A stretch of 64,000 nt of DNA. Source: a virus. Taxonomy: Duplodnaviria; Caudoviricetes. The stretch is taken from IMG/VR virus record IMGVR_UViG_3300032285_001531, one strand, 5' to 3'. The notes beneath the pieces were generated by a model. The model did not search any database. It was not told the origin of the DNA and was given only the letters and a program-made list of their open reading frames with translations. This document shows, piece after piece, positions 17,974 to 26,767 of this stretch. Position 1 is the first letter of the stretch; every line of letters begins with the position of its first letter. A program made the position numbers and the translations under genes.

Positions 17974-18656
17974 ATTTCTATACGTTTAGCCCAATAGGGC
18001 TTGCTTACACAAGGGTTAGACACAAATCTTATTCCACTAAGTGTTGTGTCTATCATCTTATCAGTTGCACCAAAAATCCAATTCTTAACTTTCTTTTCGG
18101 TATCTGCTGTTAAAACCATAGTTGGACAAATGTCATCCGATAATCTGTTAGTATCCCCAAAAAATAGTTTTGTGTCGGGTATACAATTACTAACTACCAC
18201 AATATCCTTAACATCCATATGTAATTGCAATTTTTTGACGGTATTATAAAGATATACTATATCTTCTCTACGATATGATTCTGCTAGTAGGTCCTGCTCT
18301 AAATCAATGATAGGATAATTACCATACCATCCGTTTATTGCGATTAGTGCTACCCCATTTAAAACTACTACGTTATTGTGCAAAAACACTGTATTGTTTG
18401 TGCTGTCACACATCTTTCCTATTTCTTCTACTCTATCTTGTTGAAGCATAAGATCAAAATGTTCTAATCCACCATCGATGTAAAAAACACCTTGATAGAA
18501 TGTAGATAGATAGGTTAGTGTGCGTTGTATTGTTTTTAAATCATGGGACAGATTCCCTGCAACAATGCAGAATAAACTAGTTACTTTATCAGTCCAATCA
18601 AACTTATCCTCAGGATAAAGATCCAAGTCACTGATTATGTCAAAACTAATGCTCAT
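17970..18656 (-). CDS. degenerate calcineurin-like metallophosphoesterase
   Basis: fold motifs present but metal ligands altered (SDLDL, AGNL, DGGLEH, SNCIP, IFGA). Confidence 0.6.
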   Translation of the reverse strand: MSISFDIISDLDLYPEDKFDWTDKVTSLFCIVAGNLSHDLKTIQRTLTYLSTFYQGVFYIDGGLEHFDLMLQQDRVEEIGKMCDSTNNTVFLHNNVVVLNGVALIAINGWYGNYPIIDLEQDLLAESYRREDIVYLYNTVKKLQLHMDVKDIVVVSNCIPDTKLFFGDTNRLSDDICPTMVLTADTEKKVKNWIFGATDKMIDTTLSGIRFVSNPCVSKPYWAKRIEI

Positions 18657-18694
18657 ATAGTATTTATATGGTATCGGGACTTTCGTCCCGACTA

Positions 18695-18928
18695 TTATTT
18701 TTCTTTTTTAGCTTTAGGTTTTTTAGCAGCAGGTGTTTTTGCTGTTTTTGGCTTAGCTGTTTTTTTAGCCTTCTTTTCTACTTTAACTGGTTCTTCTACT
18801 TTTAAAGTAAGGGTGGGTGTCATATCTACTGCATCTATTACAGGTTCTTGCGGGCGACTAGTAGGAAATGGCCAAGGTTCCTGTTTTTTTGGTTCTAACC
18901 TAAATAGTTTTTTAACAAAGTCTAACAT
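18695..18928 (-). CDS. small protein with Lys/Ala-rich tail
   Basis: AAGGAG RBS; WPFP motif; KKAKKTAKPK tail. Confidence 0.65.
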   Translation of the reverse strand: MLDFVKKLFRLEPKKQEPWPFPTSRPQEPVIDAVDMTPTLTLKVEEPVKVEKKAKKTAKPKTAKTPAAKKPKAKKEK

Positions 18929-19058
18929 ATGAATCTCCTTTATAGTATTTAGAGCCAAATCAAATAAAATATTAATTTAAGCAATATTACCTAAATACTT
19001 TAATAGCTGATATCAATTTGCTATAGTGACTTACTTTCTAATTTTATAAAGGAATCAA

Positions 19059-19646
19059 ATGTCGTTAGTACCAATTGTAATTGAATCAACTAGCAAGGGT
19101 GAACGTAGCTATGACATCTATAGTCGTTTATTGCGTGACCGTGTAATTTTGCTTGAGGGCGAAGTGCATGACCATATGGCAAATCTAATCGTAGCACAAC
19201 TACTCTTTTTGGAATCAGAAGATGATAAGAAAGATATATCCCTTTATATCAACAGTCCCGGCGGCAGTGTTACTGCTGGTATGGCTATTTACGATGCTAT
19301 GCAATTTATCAAGCCTGATGTTTCTACCATCGTTATGGGCCAAGCTTGTAGTATGGGTTCATTGCTTGCTAACGCTGGTGCTAGTGGCAAACGTTTTATC
19401 CTGCCGAACGCAAGACACATGATTCATCAACCATCAGGTGGCGCCCGCGGCCAAGCAACTGATATGTTAATTCAAGTAAATGAAATTATGGAAATGAAAC
19501 GTAATCTAACACAGATTTACGTTAAACATAATAGTGCAGGCAAATCATTTGATGAACTTGCTGCAGATATGGAACGTGATAACTTTATGAGTGCTGACCA
19601 AGCCGTATCATATGGTCTTGCTGATAAAGTAATTACACAACGATAA
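19059..19646 (+). CDS. clpP: ATP-dependent Clp protease proteolytic subunit ClpP
   Basis: [24 protein letters not shown] (catalytic Ser), MIHQP, ERDNFM. Confidence 0.96.
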   Translation: MSLVPIVIESTSKGERSYDIYSRLLRDRVILLEGEVHDHMANLIVAQLLFLESEDDKKDISLYINSPGGSVTAGMAIYDAMQFIKPDVSTIVMGQACSMGSLLANAGASGKRFILPNARHMIHQPSGGARGQATDMLIQVNEIMEMKRNLTQIYVKHNSAGKSFDELAADMERDNFMSADQAVSYGLADKVITQR

Positions 19647-19655
19647 GGATTACTC

Positions 19656-20150
19656 ATGGCAACCGTATCAGCGCACATCAAACATGAAGTAAAGCATTTT
19701 AGAAATTTTCAGCAATACATACCTAGATATAATTCAATGTGTCCAAAGACCATTGATACATTGTTATATAATGGAATGATTCAAGTAAGTACTGCATTTG
19801 AACATGCACTAGCAAAAGTAGGCAAGTTTGAAGTAGTAAGTGAATCTGGTAGAGATGGAAGTGACGGTAGTGATGCTAAATTAGTCACATCATGTTTTCA
19901 TCGTGGCAAATGTGATGCACATGTATCTAATACAAAAAATAAAACAGGAAAGTTGCGAGTACAAGTTTACGAAAAGCACCAAGATAAGTTTTATTATTTT
20001 GTGATACCGCAACATGAACACTCAACTGTATCATACTTAGAGATACCATTTCATACTGACGGCTCTCCCAAACGTGTAACTTACAACGGTCATATTAGTA
20101 AGTGGTGGGTATTTGAAGTTGAAACCTTTAAGGAACTAGCAACCGCTTGA
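19656..20150 (+). CDS. hypothetical protein, possible PD-(D/E)XK-like fold
   Basis: E...RDGSDGSDAK pattern; weak. Confidence 0.5.
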   Translation: MATVSAHIKHEVKHFRNFQQYIPRYNSMCPKTIDTLLYNGMIQVSTAFEHALAKVGKFEVVSESGRDGSDGSDAKLVTSCFHRGKCDAHVSNTKNKTGKLRVQVYEKHQDKFYYFVIPQHEHSTVSYLEIPFHTDGSPKRVTYNGHISKWWVFEVETFKELATA

Positions 20151-20175
20151 CAATAAAGCCACTTGGTACTATAAT
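20147..20175 (+). promoter_or_regulatory. sigma70-like early promoter
   Basis: TTGACA-17-TATAAT. Confidence 0.75.
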
Positions 20176-20181
20176 ACGGAC

Positions 20182-20409
20182 ATGAAAAAAGAACCTGTAT
20201 TTTATCTCAAGTGGCTTGCAACTTTCGTAACTATAATCGGGGCTGTGGCTACAAGCATTAACATGTATCCACTAGGCCCCGCCTTACTTAATCTAGGTGC
20301 CTTCATTTGGTTGATTGTCTCAATCATGTGGCGTGAGTGGTCATTAATTGTTATTAATGCAACACTTTTATTAATCTATACAGTAGGTCTCCTAATAAAA
20401 ATCAGTTGA
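20182..20409 (+). CDS. small membrane protein (3 TM)
   Basis: hydrophobic 75 aa. Confidence 0.7.
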   Translation: MKKEPVFYLKWLATFVTIIGAVATSINMYPLGPALLNLGAFIWLIVSIMWREWSLIVINATLLLIYTVGLLIKIS

Positions 20410-20434
20410 CAGCAAATAATTTTGGGCATATAAT
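20406..20434 (+). promoter_or_regulatory. sigma70-like early promoter
   Basis: TTGACA-17-TATAAT with ATAATTTTGG spacer. Confidence 0.75.
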
Positions 20435-20466
20435 ATACTCATACGCTAACAAAACAGGAGCTGATT

Positions 20467-20676
20467 GTGATTAAAAATACACTAGTAACTCAAAACACTA
20501 AAGTAGTTTATGACAAACGTGGTGTTAAAATTGTTCGTGAACAAAGCTACGGTTGGGGTTGCAACAATTTATCCACAATGTGGTATGTATATCAGGGTGA
20601 TGAAAAGTCTGGTGGCTATACACGTTTAAAACGTGCAAAAGCATGGGCTGAATATATTTCACGTGTAGTTGTTTAA
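20467..20676 (+). CDS. hypothetical phage protein
   Basis: CAGGAG RBS, GTG start. Confidence 0.65.
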   Translation: MIKNTLVTQNTKVVYDKRGVKIVREQSYGWGCNNLSTMWYVYQGDEKSGGYTRLKRAKAWAEYISRVVV

Positions 20677-20688
20677 TAGGAGATCAAA

Positions 20689-21033
20689 ATGAATTATACT
20701 AAAGACGATATTGTTTCAATCATCAAAGAAGCTAGATTAGAAGCATACAAAGCGGCTGATAACTTCTTTAAAACTAAATTGAATGGTCGTGATCAAGGTT
20801 GCTGTGGTTTTGCATGGGTTGAAATCTATGGCATTAAAGGTAACACTAAACTCGGTCGTGCTATGAAATCTGCAGGACTAGAAAAATCATATACTGGTGC
20901 ATTTCGTATTTGGAATCCTAGTGGATTTGGTTGCCAAAACATTGATACACTAGAACAAGGCGCACAAGCTGCTGCTGATGTGTTTAAAAAATATGGCTTT
21001 GATAAAGCTTATGCTGGTTCACGTTTAGATTAA
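20689..21033 (+). CDS. conserved phage hypothetical protein
   Basis: AGGAG RBS; GCCGFAWV motif. Confidence 0.75.
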   Translation: MNYTKDDIVSIIKEARLEAYKAADNFFKTKLNGRDQGCCGFAWVEIYGIKGNTKLGRAMKSAGLEKSYTGAFRIWNPSGFGCQNIDTLEQGAQAAADVFKKYGFDKAYAGSRLD

Positions 21034-21048
21034 TTAAGGAGATATATT

Positions 21049-21300
21049 ATGGTTATAACTGCAGAAAAAATTGTTCGTATTCTCAAAGATGAACCTCAAT
21101 TCAACCGTAAACGTCATGGTAGTTTGTATGATCGTGGTTCTGCAGACAGTTACTATCATCGTGGTGCTAGGCCACACTGGTGGCCCGAAGGTACTGGTAA
21201 AGGTAAAGAAATTACTGTTTTGACTGCTGCAGAAATTGAAGAATATATTGCAGGCTATGATGATAATGAGCAGTTTGGCGAAAAGAAAAAGTGGGATTAA
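21049..21300 (+). CDS. conserved phage hypothetical protein
   Basis: HGSLYDRGSADSYY...PH motif; AAGGAG RBS. Confidence 0.75.
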   Translation: MVITAEKIVRILKDEPQFNRKRHGSLYDRGSADSYYHRGARPHWWPEGTGKGKEITVLTAAEIEEYIAGYDDNEQFGEKKKWD

Positions 21301-21313
21301 TATTTGGAGCTGA

Positions 21314-21700
21314 ATGATGCTAGAATGGATATTGTTAGTAGTATTAATAGCACTCATATTATTGCTTGCCGTTCATTATGAATGGGATAACGGTACTTTC
21401 TTTTTTATACTTGCTGTAGTTATAATTCCGTGGTCTATTTGGCATTGGCGTGATACTCCTGAAGAATCTGCTGCCAAGTTACAAGAAAGAATACGTGAAC
21501 AGACTGAGAGTGAGCGTCCAAGAAAAATCAATGAAATTGATGGTTGCAGTATCTATGCTTTCTATCGTGTTAGTGATGGTCGTAATCATTACTTTACTAA
21601 ATGCAGTGATAAGGTAACTACAGAAAGTAGTCACACAGAATCATGCGGTAAGAATTGTACTAAACAAGTATCTGAAACTATAGTGACCGAAAAGAAATAA
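21314..21700 (+). CDS. membrane-anchored hypothetical protein
   Basis: two TM helices then EIDGCSIYAF...HYFTKC. Confidence 0.65.
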   Translation: MMLEWILLVVLIALILLLAVHYEWDNGTFFFILAVVIIPWSIWHWRDTPEESAAKLQERIREQTESERPRKINEIDGCSIYAFYRVSDGRNHYFTKCSDKVTTESSHTESCGKNCTKQVSETIVTEKK

Positions 21701-21703
21701 GTA

Positions 21704-21732
21704 TTGACAGTAAATTTACTCTATAATATAAT
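21704..21732 (+). promoter_or_regulatory. sigma70-like early promoter
   Basis: TTGACA-17-TATAAT. Confidence 0.7.
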
Positions 21733-21762
21733 CTATCTATCGTAAACAAATAGGAGAACAAC

Positions 21763-21975
21763 ATGCTATTTAAAAATCGCAAAGTTATTGATGTAGAAGT
21801 TGACGGAATTGATAAACGTGATTTCCCTGACTTTTGTGATTCATATTTTTCTAGTGCTGTTTGGGCAGATACCGGTGAGTTTCTCACTGATGAAGAATTA
21901 GAAGAAATGACATATGATTGTGCTAGTGAAAAATATGAAATTATCTATGATGATATAGTAAGTGCCTATGAGTAG
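21763..21975 (+). CDS. conserved phage hypothetical protein
   Basis: EVDGID.RDFPDFCD motif; AGGAG RBS. Confidence 0.75.
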   Translation: MLFKNRKVIDVEVDGIDKRDFPDFCDSYFSSAVWADTGEFLTDEELEEMTYDCASEKYEIIYDDIVSAYE

Positions 21976-21978
21976 TAG

Positions 21979-22230
21979 ATGGGCATGAACAGTAAACAAA
22001 GACGAATTGATAGACGGTGTTGGAAGTATAGCGTACCCACATTATGTAGAGATTGGGACGTATACAATGACATGTGGCAATGGTTAGCTAACCGTCATGG
22101 TAAGAAAATTTATAAATGCGGTTGGCGTGAAAGAGTATCATGGGAAGATAGTTATTCCAGTAGATTAAAAGTGACATGGGAATTTCGTAAAGAAAAAGAT
22201 TTGATGGAATTTATATTGAGGTGGTCATGA
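21979..22230 (+). CDS. small phage protein, F-x-L-R-W family
   Basis: ends WEFRKEKDLMEFILRWS. Confidence 0.7.
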   Translation: MGMNSKQRRIDRRCWKYSVPTLCRDWDVYNDMWQWLANRHGKKIYKCGWRERVSWEDSYSSRLKVTWEFRKEKDLMEFILRWS

Positions 22231-22433
22231 GTAAATCTGATTACTGTAATATAAAAACAAGTGTGCCATGGCGTAGTACAGATCAATGGCGTGATCTTAG
22301 AATTTGGTTACTTGACAATGTTAATGCTCTTGACTATGATATATCATATATGGATTCAGATAACAATGAGAAGCGTGTTGTTTGGTTTGCTCATGAAAAA
22401 GATGCTGTATTGTTTACCTTGAGATGGTCATGA
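22227..22433 (+). CDS. small phage protein, F-x-L-R-W family
   Basis: ends WFAHEKDAVLFTLRWS. Confidence 0.7.
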   Translation: MSKSDYCNIKTSVPWRSTDQWRDLRIWLLDNVNALDYDISYMDSDNNEKRVVWFAHEKDAVLFTLRWS

Positions 22434-22663
22434 GTATAGGTAATGCGCTTGAAGGAAAAATATTTGGGTATCCAGAATGTTATACATGGCGGAAAACATT
22501 TGCGTGGTTACCTAGAACTACAGTTTCAGAAAAACGTGTATGGCTTAAACATATATACAAACAAAAATACTATAAAGCAACCCCGTGGTATAGTCAAAAT
22601 TATAAAATGGTACTACATGTAGAATACGCAGGGTTTTTTGATTTATTAAGAGAGACAACATGA
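22430..22663 (+). CDS. hypothetical phage protein
   Basis: W...FAWLP......VWL motif. Confidence 0.65.
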   Translation: MSIGNALEGKIFGYPECYTWRKTFAWLPRTTVSEKRVWLKHIYKQKYYKATPWYSQNYKMVLHVEYAGFFDLLRETT

Positions 22664-23496
22664 AAATAGCAGTATGTAGTGATCTCCATTTAGAGTTTGG
22701 AGATTTAGATTTGCAAAATGATGAGGGCGCAGATGTCCTCATCCTTAGCGGCGATATCTTTATTGCTAATGATTTGAAGAATTATCAAAATGAAGATGGG
22801 TTAGTTATACCGGTTATGCAAAGTTTAGTTGATCGAGGCAAACGTTATAATAATTTTATACTACGTTGCTGTGAACGTTTCCCTGAAGTTATTATGGTGT
22901 CAGGCAATCACGAACACTATCATGGAGACTTTGCTACTACACATGATACTATTCGTAAGTCATTTAGTGATTTAGAAAACTTTAATTATTTGGACAAAGA
23001 CTTTTTAATCATCAAAGGTGTTGTATTCTATGGTGGTACATTATGGACTAACATGAATAATGAAGATCCAATCACTATGATGCAAATACGTGGTGCTATG
23101 AATGACTACATTCAGATTAAGAATACTGGTGCTAATGCAGGTGGAAAATTCTTACCAGAAGATTCAGTAGAGGATCATTATGCGTTTCGTAGAGCATTAG
23201 ACAGTGTGTTGAAAAATTATCCTGATCATAAAGTGGTAGTTGTAGGGCATCATGCGCCAAGTAAGGCAAGTACACATCCTAGATATAAAACTGAAGTTGT
23301 GATGAATGGTGCATATAGTACTGACTTAAACGATTTTATTTTGGATCGTAGACAAATTAAATTATGGACTCATGGGCATACCCATGAACCATTTGATTAT
23401 ATGATTGGCACAACTAGAATAGTATGTAACCCACGAGGTTATATTGACTTTGAGGATCGTGCTGATAATTTTAAATTACAATACGTGGAGATTTAA
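22660..23496 (+). CDS. calcineurin-like metallophosphoesterase
   Basis: SDLHLE, SGDI, GNHEHY, HHAP, HGHTH all intact. Confidence 0.9.
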   Translation: MKIAVCSDLHLEFGDLDLQNDEGADVLILSGDIFIANDLKNYQNEDGLVIPVMQSLVDRGKRYNNFILRCCERFPEVIMVSGNHEHYHGDFATTHDTIRKSFSDLENFNYLDKDFLIIKGVVFYGGTLWTNMNNEDPITMMQIRGAMNDYIQIKNTGANAGGKFLPEDSVEDHYAFRRALDSVLKNYPDHKVVVVGHHAPSKASTHPRYKTEVVMNGAYSTDLNDFILDRRQIKLWTHGHTHEPFDYMIGTTRIVCNPRGYIDFEDRADNFKLQYVEI

Positions 23497-24036
23497 ATGA
23501 GTAGAGTATATCAAGTAATATCACTTGAAAAGAAAAATGTTGTTGTTACATATGAAATATTTGAAGATATGGGCAACAATAATATACGTGGTTGGCAAAT
23601 AGAAGAAACATATCGATGGGGTGCAGGATATCGTTCAGTAGATGATCCAATTAGTGAATGGGAAACTAATAACAACGGTATCTATTGTGACTTCAGTTTA
23701 GGTTCAGAATCAGATGATTTAGTTGCTTGCTATTATCAATTTGATGATGGATTCACTGACCAAGAAAAAGCAGATTTAGAAAATAGTTGGGAAGAAGGTG
23801 GTGCTGCTTGGTTATATGATGGAGAGCATAATTGGCAAGTAGAAGATGCAACGGTAGTTATATGTGGTCCGGTAAAAATTAACTTGATTGATGAGTTAAC
23901 AGGTGATATAATCGAAGAAGATATTAAGCCAACATCAAGTAAAGCTGAACTTAGTTGGCAAACAGTTCCTGACGATGAACTCAAAGTTTGGCCTTTCCCA
24001 GTTAATGAGATTTCTGGTAAAACTGATATAAATTAG
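23497..24036 (+). CDS. acidic hypothetical phage protein
   Basis: 179 aa; WPFP motif near C-terminus. Confidence 0.7.
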   Translation: MSRVYQVISLEKKNVVVTYEIFEDMGNNNIRGWQIEETYRWGAGYRSVDDPISEWETNNNGIYCDFSLGSESDDLVACYYQFDDGFTDQEKADLENSWEEGGAAWLYDGEHNWQVEDATVVICGPVKINLIDELTGDIIEEDIKPTSSKAELSWQTVPDDELKVWPFPVNEISGKTDIN

Positions 24037-24124
24037 TTAACCTAAACTGTTGCTACAAAGATAACAATTTGCTATACTATGTTCACGTTGATAACTCAGC
24101 GAAATATTTTATAAGGAAAATGTA

Positions 24125-24385
24125 ATGAAAACTAAAGAAACTAAACAAGGTCGTTTATTGCAAGCATTTAAAAGCGGTGAGAAATTAACTGCTAAGCAAA
24201 TCGCAGCACGTTTTGGTATCAAGAATCCAACAGCAACCGTAAGTGATTTACGTTTCAGTGGTTATGCAATCTATGCAAATCCACACAAAGATACTAAGGG
24301 TCAAGTAACTACTAAGTATGAAATCGGCATGCCAAGTCGCCGTGTAGTTGCAGCTGGTTACCGCGCACTTGCATTAGGGTTGTAA
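24125..24385 (+). CDS. winged helix-turn-helix DNA-binding protein
   Basis: LTAKQIAARFGIKNPTATVSDLRFSGYAI. Confidence 0.7.
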   Translation: MKTKETKQGRLLQAFKSGEKLTAKQIAARFGIKNPTATVSDLRFSGYAIYANPHKDTKGQVTTKYEIGMPSRRVVAAGYRALALGL

Positions 24386-24471
24386 TCTTAATTGATTAAC
24401 AGTTATGCAGCCTCTGTTTTAAAAGGCTGCAACCTTACCATATTAATAAATAATTAAAAGGGACTAACAAC

Positions 24472-24861
24472 ATGTTTTGGGATACTATATTAATCGCATT
24501 AACATTCTATTCTGGTTATAAACTTGGTAAATTTATACAAATGGTAGAATTACGACTTGCTATACGTAAACTAGCAAAAGATAACGATATTGATTTAGAC
24601 CAATTAATAGGTAATGTTACAGTAGAAGAAAATCCAAATGTGTTACTATTAGAAGCAGAACATATTGACAATGTAATATTGATTTACGACAGATTAAACA
24701 ATGAGTTTATTTGCCAGGCTGAATCAATGGAAGAAGCAGCAGAAAAATTCAATCAAAGAAAAAATAACATGCTAGGTGCATTAACGATAGATAATAAAAA
24801 TATCTATTTTGTTAAAGGTAAAATTTCAAATAATATTATAGACGCACTCAATGAAAGTTAA
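24472..24861 (+). CDS. membrane-anchored hypothetical protein
   Basis: N-terminal TM; 129 aa. Confidence 0.7.
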   Translation: MFWDTILIALTFYSGYKLGKFIQMVELRLAIRKLAKDNDIDLDQLIGNVTVEENPNVLLLEAEHIDNVILIYDRLNNEFICQAESMEEAAEKFNQRKNNMLGALTIDNKNIYFVKGKISNNIIDALNES

Positions 24862-25384
24862 TATCGGCCCGTATCCAAACGGGAACAAATCAAGAAAAGT
24901 ATCAATAAGAATAGACAGGCATGATACCTATAGTATGGATCATACCTTAGCCCTTATCATCCTTCCCATGCTTGTACAATTAAGAAATACTAAGCATGGT
25001 ATTCCACATGAGTTTGCTACAGTAGGTGGTGAGGACTATGATTCACAGGATAGTTTTGATTTCTACAAAGAGAGTCAGGATGAATCATTTAGCAAGGGTT
25101 GCGACCGTTGGGACGAAGTACTAGATAAGATGATTTGGAGTTTTGAACAAATTATAGATGATGACTATGATAGTAAATATCATCACGGTGAAGTTGAGTT
25201 TGAATGGAAAGAACTTGATGAAAAGATACATAATCCAGTAACTGGAAAAGATGAAGTTGCTCATGAAATGATTAACAAAAATAAGAATCATTGGTATGAT
25301 TATGTTGGTCATAGAATGCATGAAGATAGAATACAAGAAGGCTTAGAATTGTTTGGTAAACACTTTAGAAGTTTGTGGGATTAA
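24851..25384 (+). CDS. conserved phage hypothetical protein
   Basis: 177 aa; DTYSMDHTLALIILPML...GLELFGKHFRSLWD. Confidence 0.75.
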   Translation: MKVNIGPYPNGNKSRKVSIRIDRHDTYSMDHTLALIILPMLVQLRNTKHGIPHEFATVGGEDYDSQDSFDFYKESQDESFSKGCDRWDEVLDKMIWSFEQIIDDDYDSKYHHGEVEFEWKELDEKIHNPVTGKDEVAHEMINKNKNHWYDYVGHRMHEDRIQEGLELFGKHFRSLWD

Positions 25385-25915
25385 ATGAAAGAAAAATTTG
25401 CAAAAGCATACATGAAAGTTGCACAAACCTTTGCTGAGTTAAGTTCAGCAAAACGTTTACAAGTAGGTGCAATAGTAGTAAAAGAAGATAGAATTATTAG
25501 TATCGGATACAATGGTATGCCTGCAGGATGGGATAACAATTGTGAAGATAAGACATATATGGAAGCAGGTGGTTGGATGGATCCACCCGAAATATTTGCT
25601 AGATATCCATATGAAGAAGAAATATTTGAACAACTTGGTGATGAAACTATGCAGGTTACCAAACGTAGATATAACTTGAAAACTAAACCGGAGGTACTCC
25701 ATGCGGAAAGCAATGCAATTGCAAAACTTGCTAAATCTAATGACAGTGGTAATGGCAGTACTATGTTTATTACTCATGCCCCTTGTATTGACTGCGCCAA
25801 GCTCATATATCAGTCAGGCATTAATGCTGTATATTATCGTGGAGACTATCGTTCTGACGTGGGTATCGAATTCCTCAAAAAATCAGGAGTAAGTGTTGTC
25901 CAACTCAGTGATTGA
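25385..25915 (+). CDS. dCMP deaminase
   Basis: QVGAIVV, IGYNGMP, HAESNAI, PCIDCAK zinc motifs. Confidence 0.92.
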   Translation: MKEKFAKAYMKVAQTFAELSSAKRLQVGAIVVKEDRIISIGYNGMPAGWDNNCEDKTYMEAGGWMDPPEIFARYPYEEEIFEQLGDETMQVTKRRYNLKTKPEVLHAESNAIAKLAKSNDSGNGSTMFITHAPCIDCAKLIYQSGINAVYYRGDYRSDVGIEFLKKSGVSVVQLSD

Positions 25916-26105
25916 TTGGCATACAGTTATTGTTGACTTACGTTACGGAGAGTTAGGTCCTCTTATGGATTGGTGTAAACGTAACTGCAATGATAAATGG
26001 TATGTAAGTGAAAGCGAAGCCGTTCAGTATGATCAGGAAGGCAATTACAGATTTTACTTTGAATCAGAACGAGATTACATAAACTTTATAGTTTGGAAAA
26101 AATGA
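25893..26105 (+). CDS. small phage protein, F-x-L-K-W-related family
   Basis: DWCKRNC..KW...FYFESERDYINFIVWKK; exact start uncertain. Confidence 0.65.
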   Translation: MLSNSVIDWHTVIVDLRYGELGPLMDWCKRNCNDKWYVSESEAVQYDQEGNYRFYFESERDYINFIVWKK

Positions 26106-26362
26106 AGCAATTAACTTTTCATAGAGAATCAAATAACTTTGATGACATATTAAATGATTCCGAATTAAAGAAATATACAGGCACTACAATATTTTGGCAT
26201 TGTGGATTATTGATACAAATACCAGATAGTGAAACTAAACTATTAAGTTATATTGAATTAAAGTATGGTGAGAGTATTATCAAATTATGTAAAGACAGAT
26301 CACCTATTCCGTTTGTTCACTATCTTCCGAAGAAGCCTGAGCCTTCGGCTGACAAAGATTAG
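26102..26362 (+). CDS. hypothetical phage protein
   Basis: ATGA-type coupling at 26102. Confidence 0.65.
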   Translation: MKQLTFHRESNNFDDILNDSELKKYTGTTIFWHCGLLIQIPDSETKLLSYIELKYGESIIKLCKDRSPIPFVHYLPKKPEPSADKD

Positions 26363-26452
26363 ATTGAGCCTCAACCATCAAACCAGGTAAAAACTTATAG
26401 AACAACATAGTTTTTACCCAGTAATCCATATACATATCAAACAACGTAAGCA

Positions 26453-26767
26453 TTAAGTTTTAGGTCCTGCAGATTGTTCTATAACTTCAACACCAGTACC
26501 TACTCCAAGGATACATGAAGTATCACCGTAAGTATCTATTACTGTAAATGTTTTGGTTTCAGGATTTCCCCAAAAGGATATCATATGTTGACTTGATCCT
26601 AATCCTTTTCCCACTACTATTGGTACCTCAACATATTCTTTTTTTAATGTCTGCACTATAACTGCAGTATCATCACATATTACTTCAAACGGTACAGAAT
26701 GTTGCTCTGCATTACTTAGAGTTGGTGCGATACACAGTATCCCAATCAGAAGGTAAATTTTGTTCAC
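26453..26767 (-). CDS. secreted hypothetical protein
   Basis: GTG start with GGAGA RBS; signal peptide; Cys pair. Confidence 0.65.
   Translation of the reverse strand: MNKIYLLIGILCIAPTLSNAEQHSVPFEVICDDTAVIVQTLKKEYVEVPIVVGKGLGSSQHMISFWGNPETKTFTVIDTYGDTSCILGVGTGVEVIEQSAGPKT

Noticed and set aside
15646-19646. Bacterial chromosome origin suggested by clpX, clpP, rpsU, dnaK and infA
   Set aside because: Gene order is non-bacterial and the genes are interspersed with tiny phage ORFs, T4-type late promoters and tail-fibre genes.
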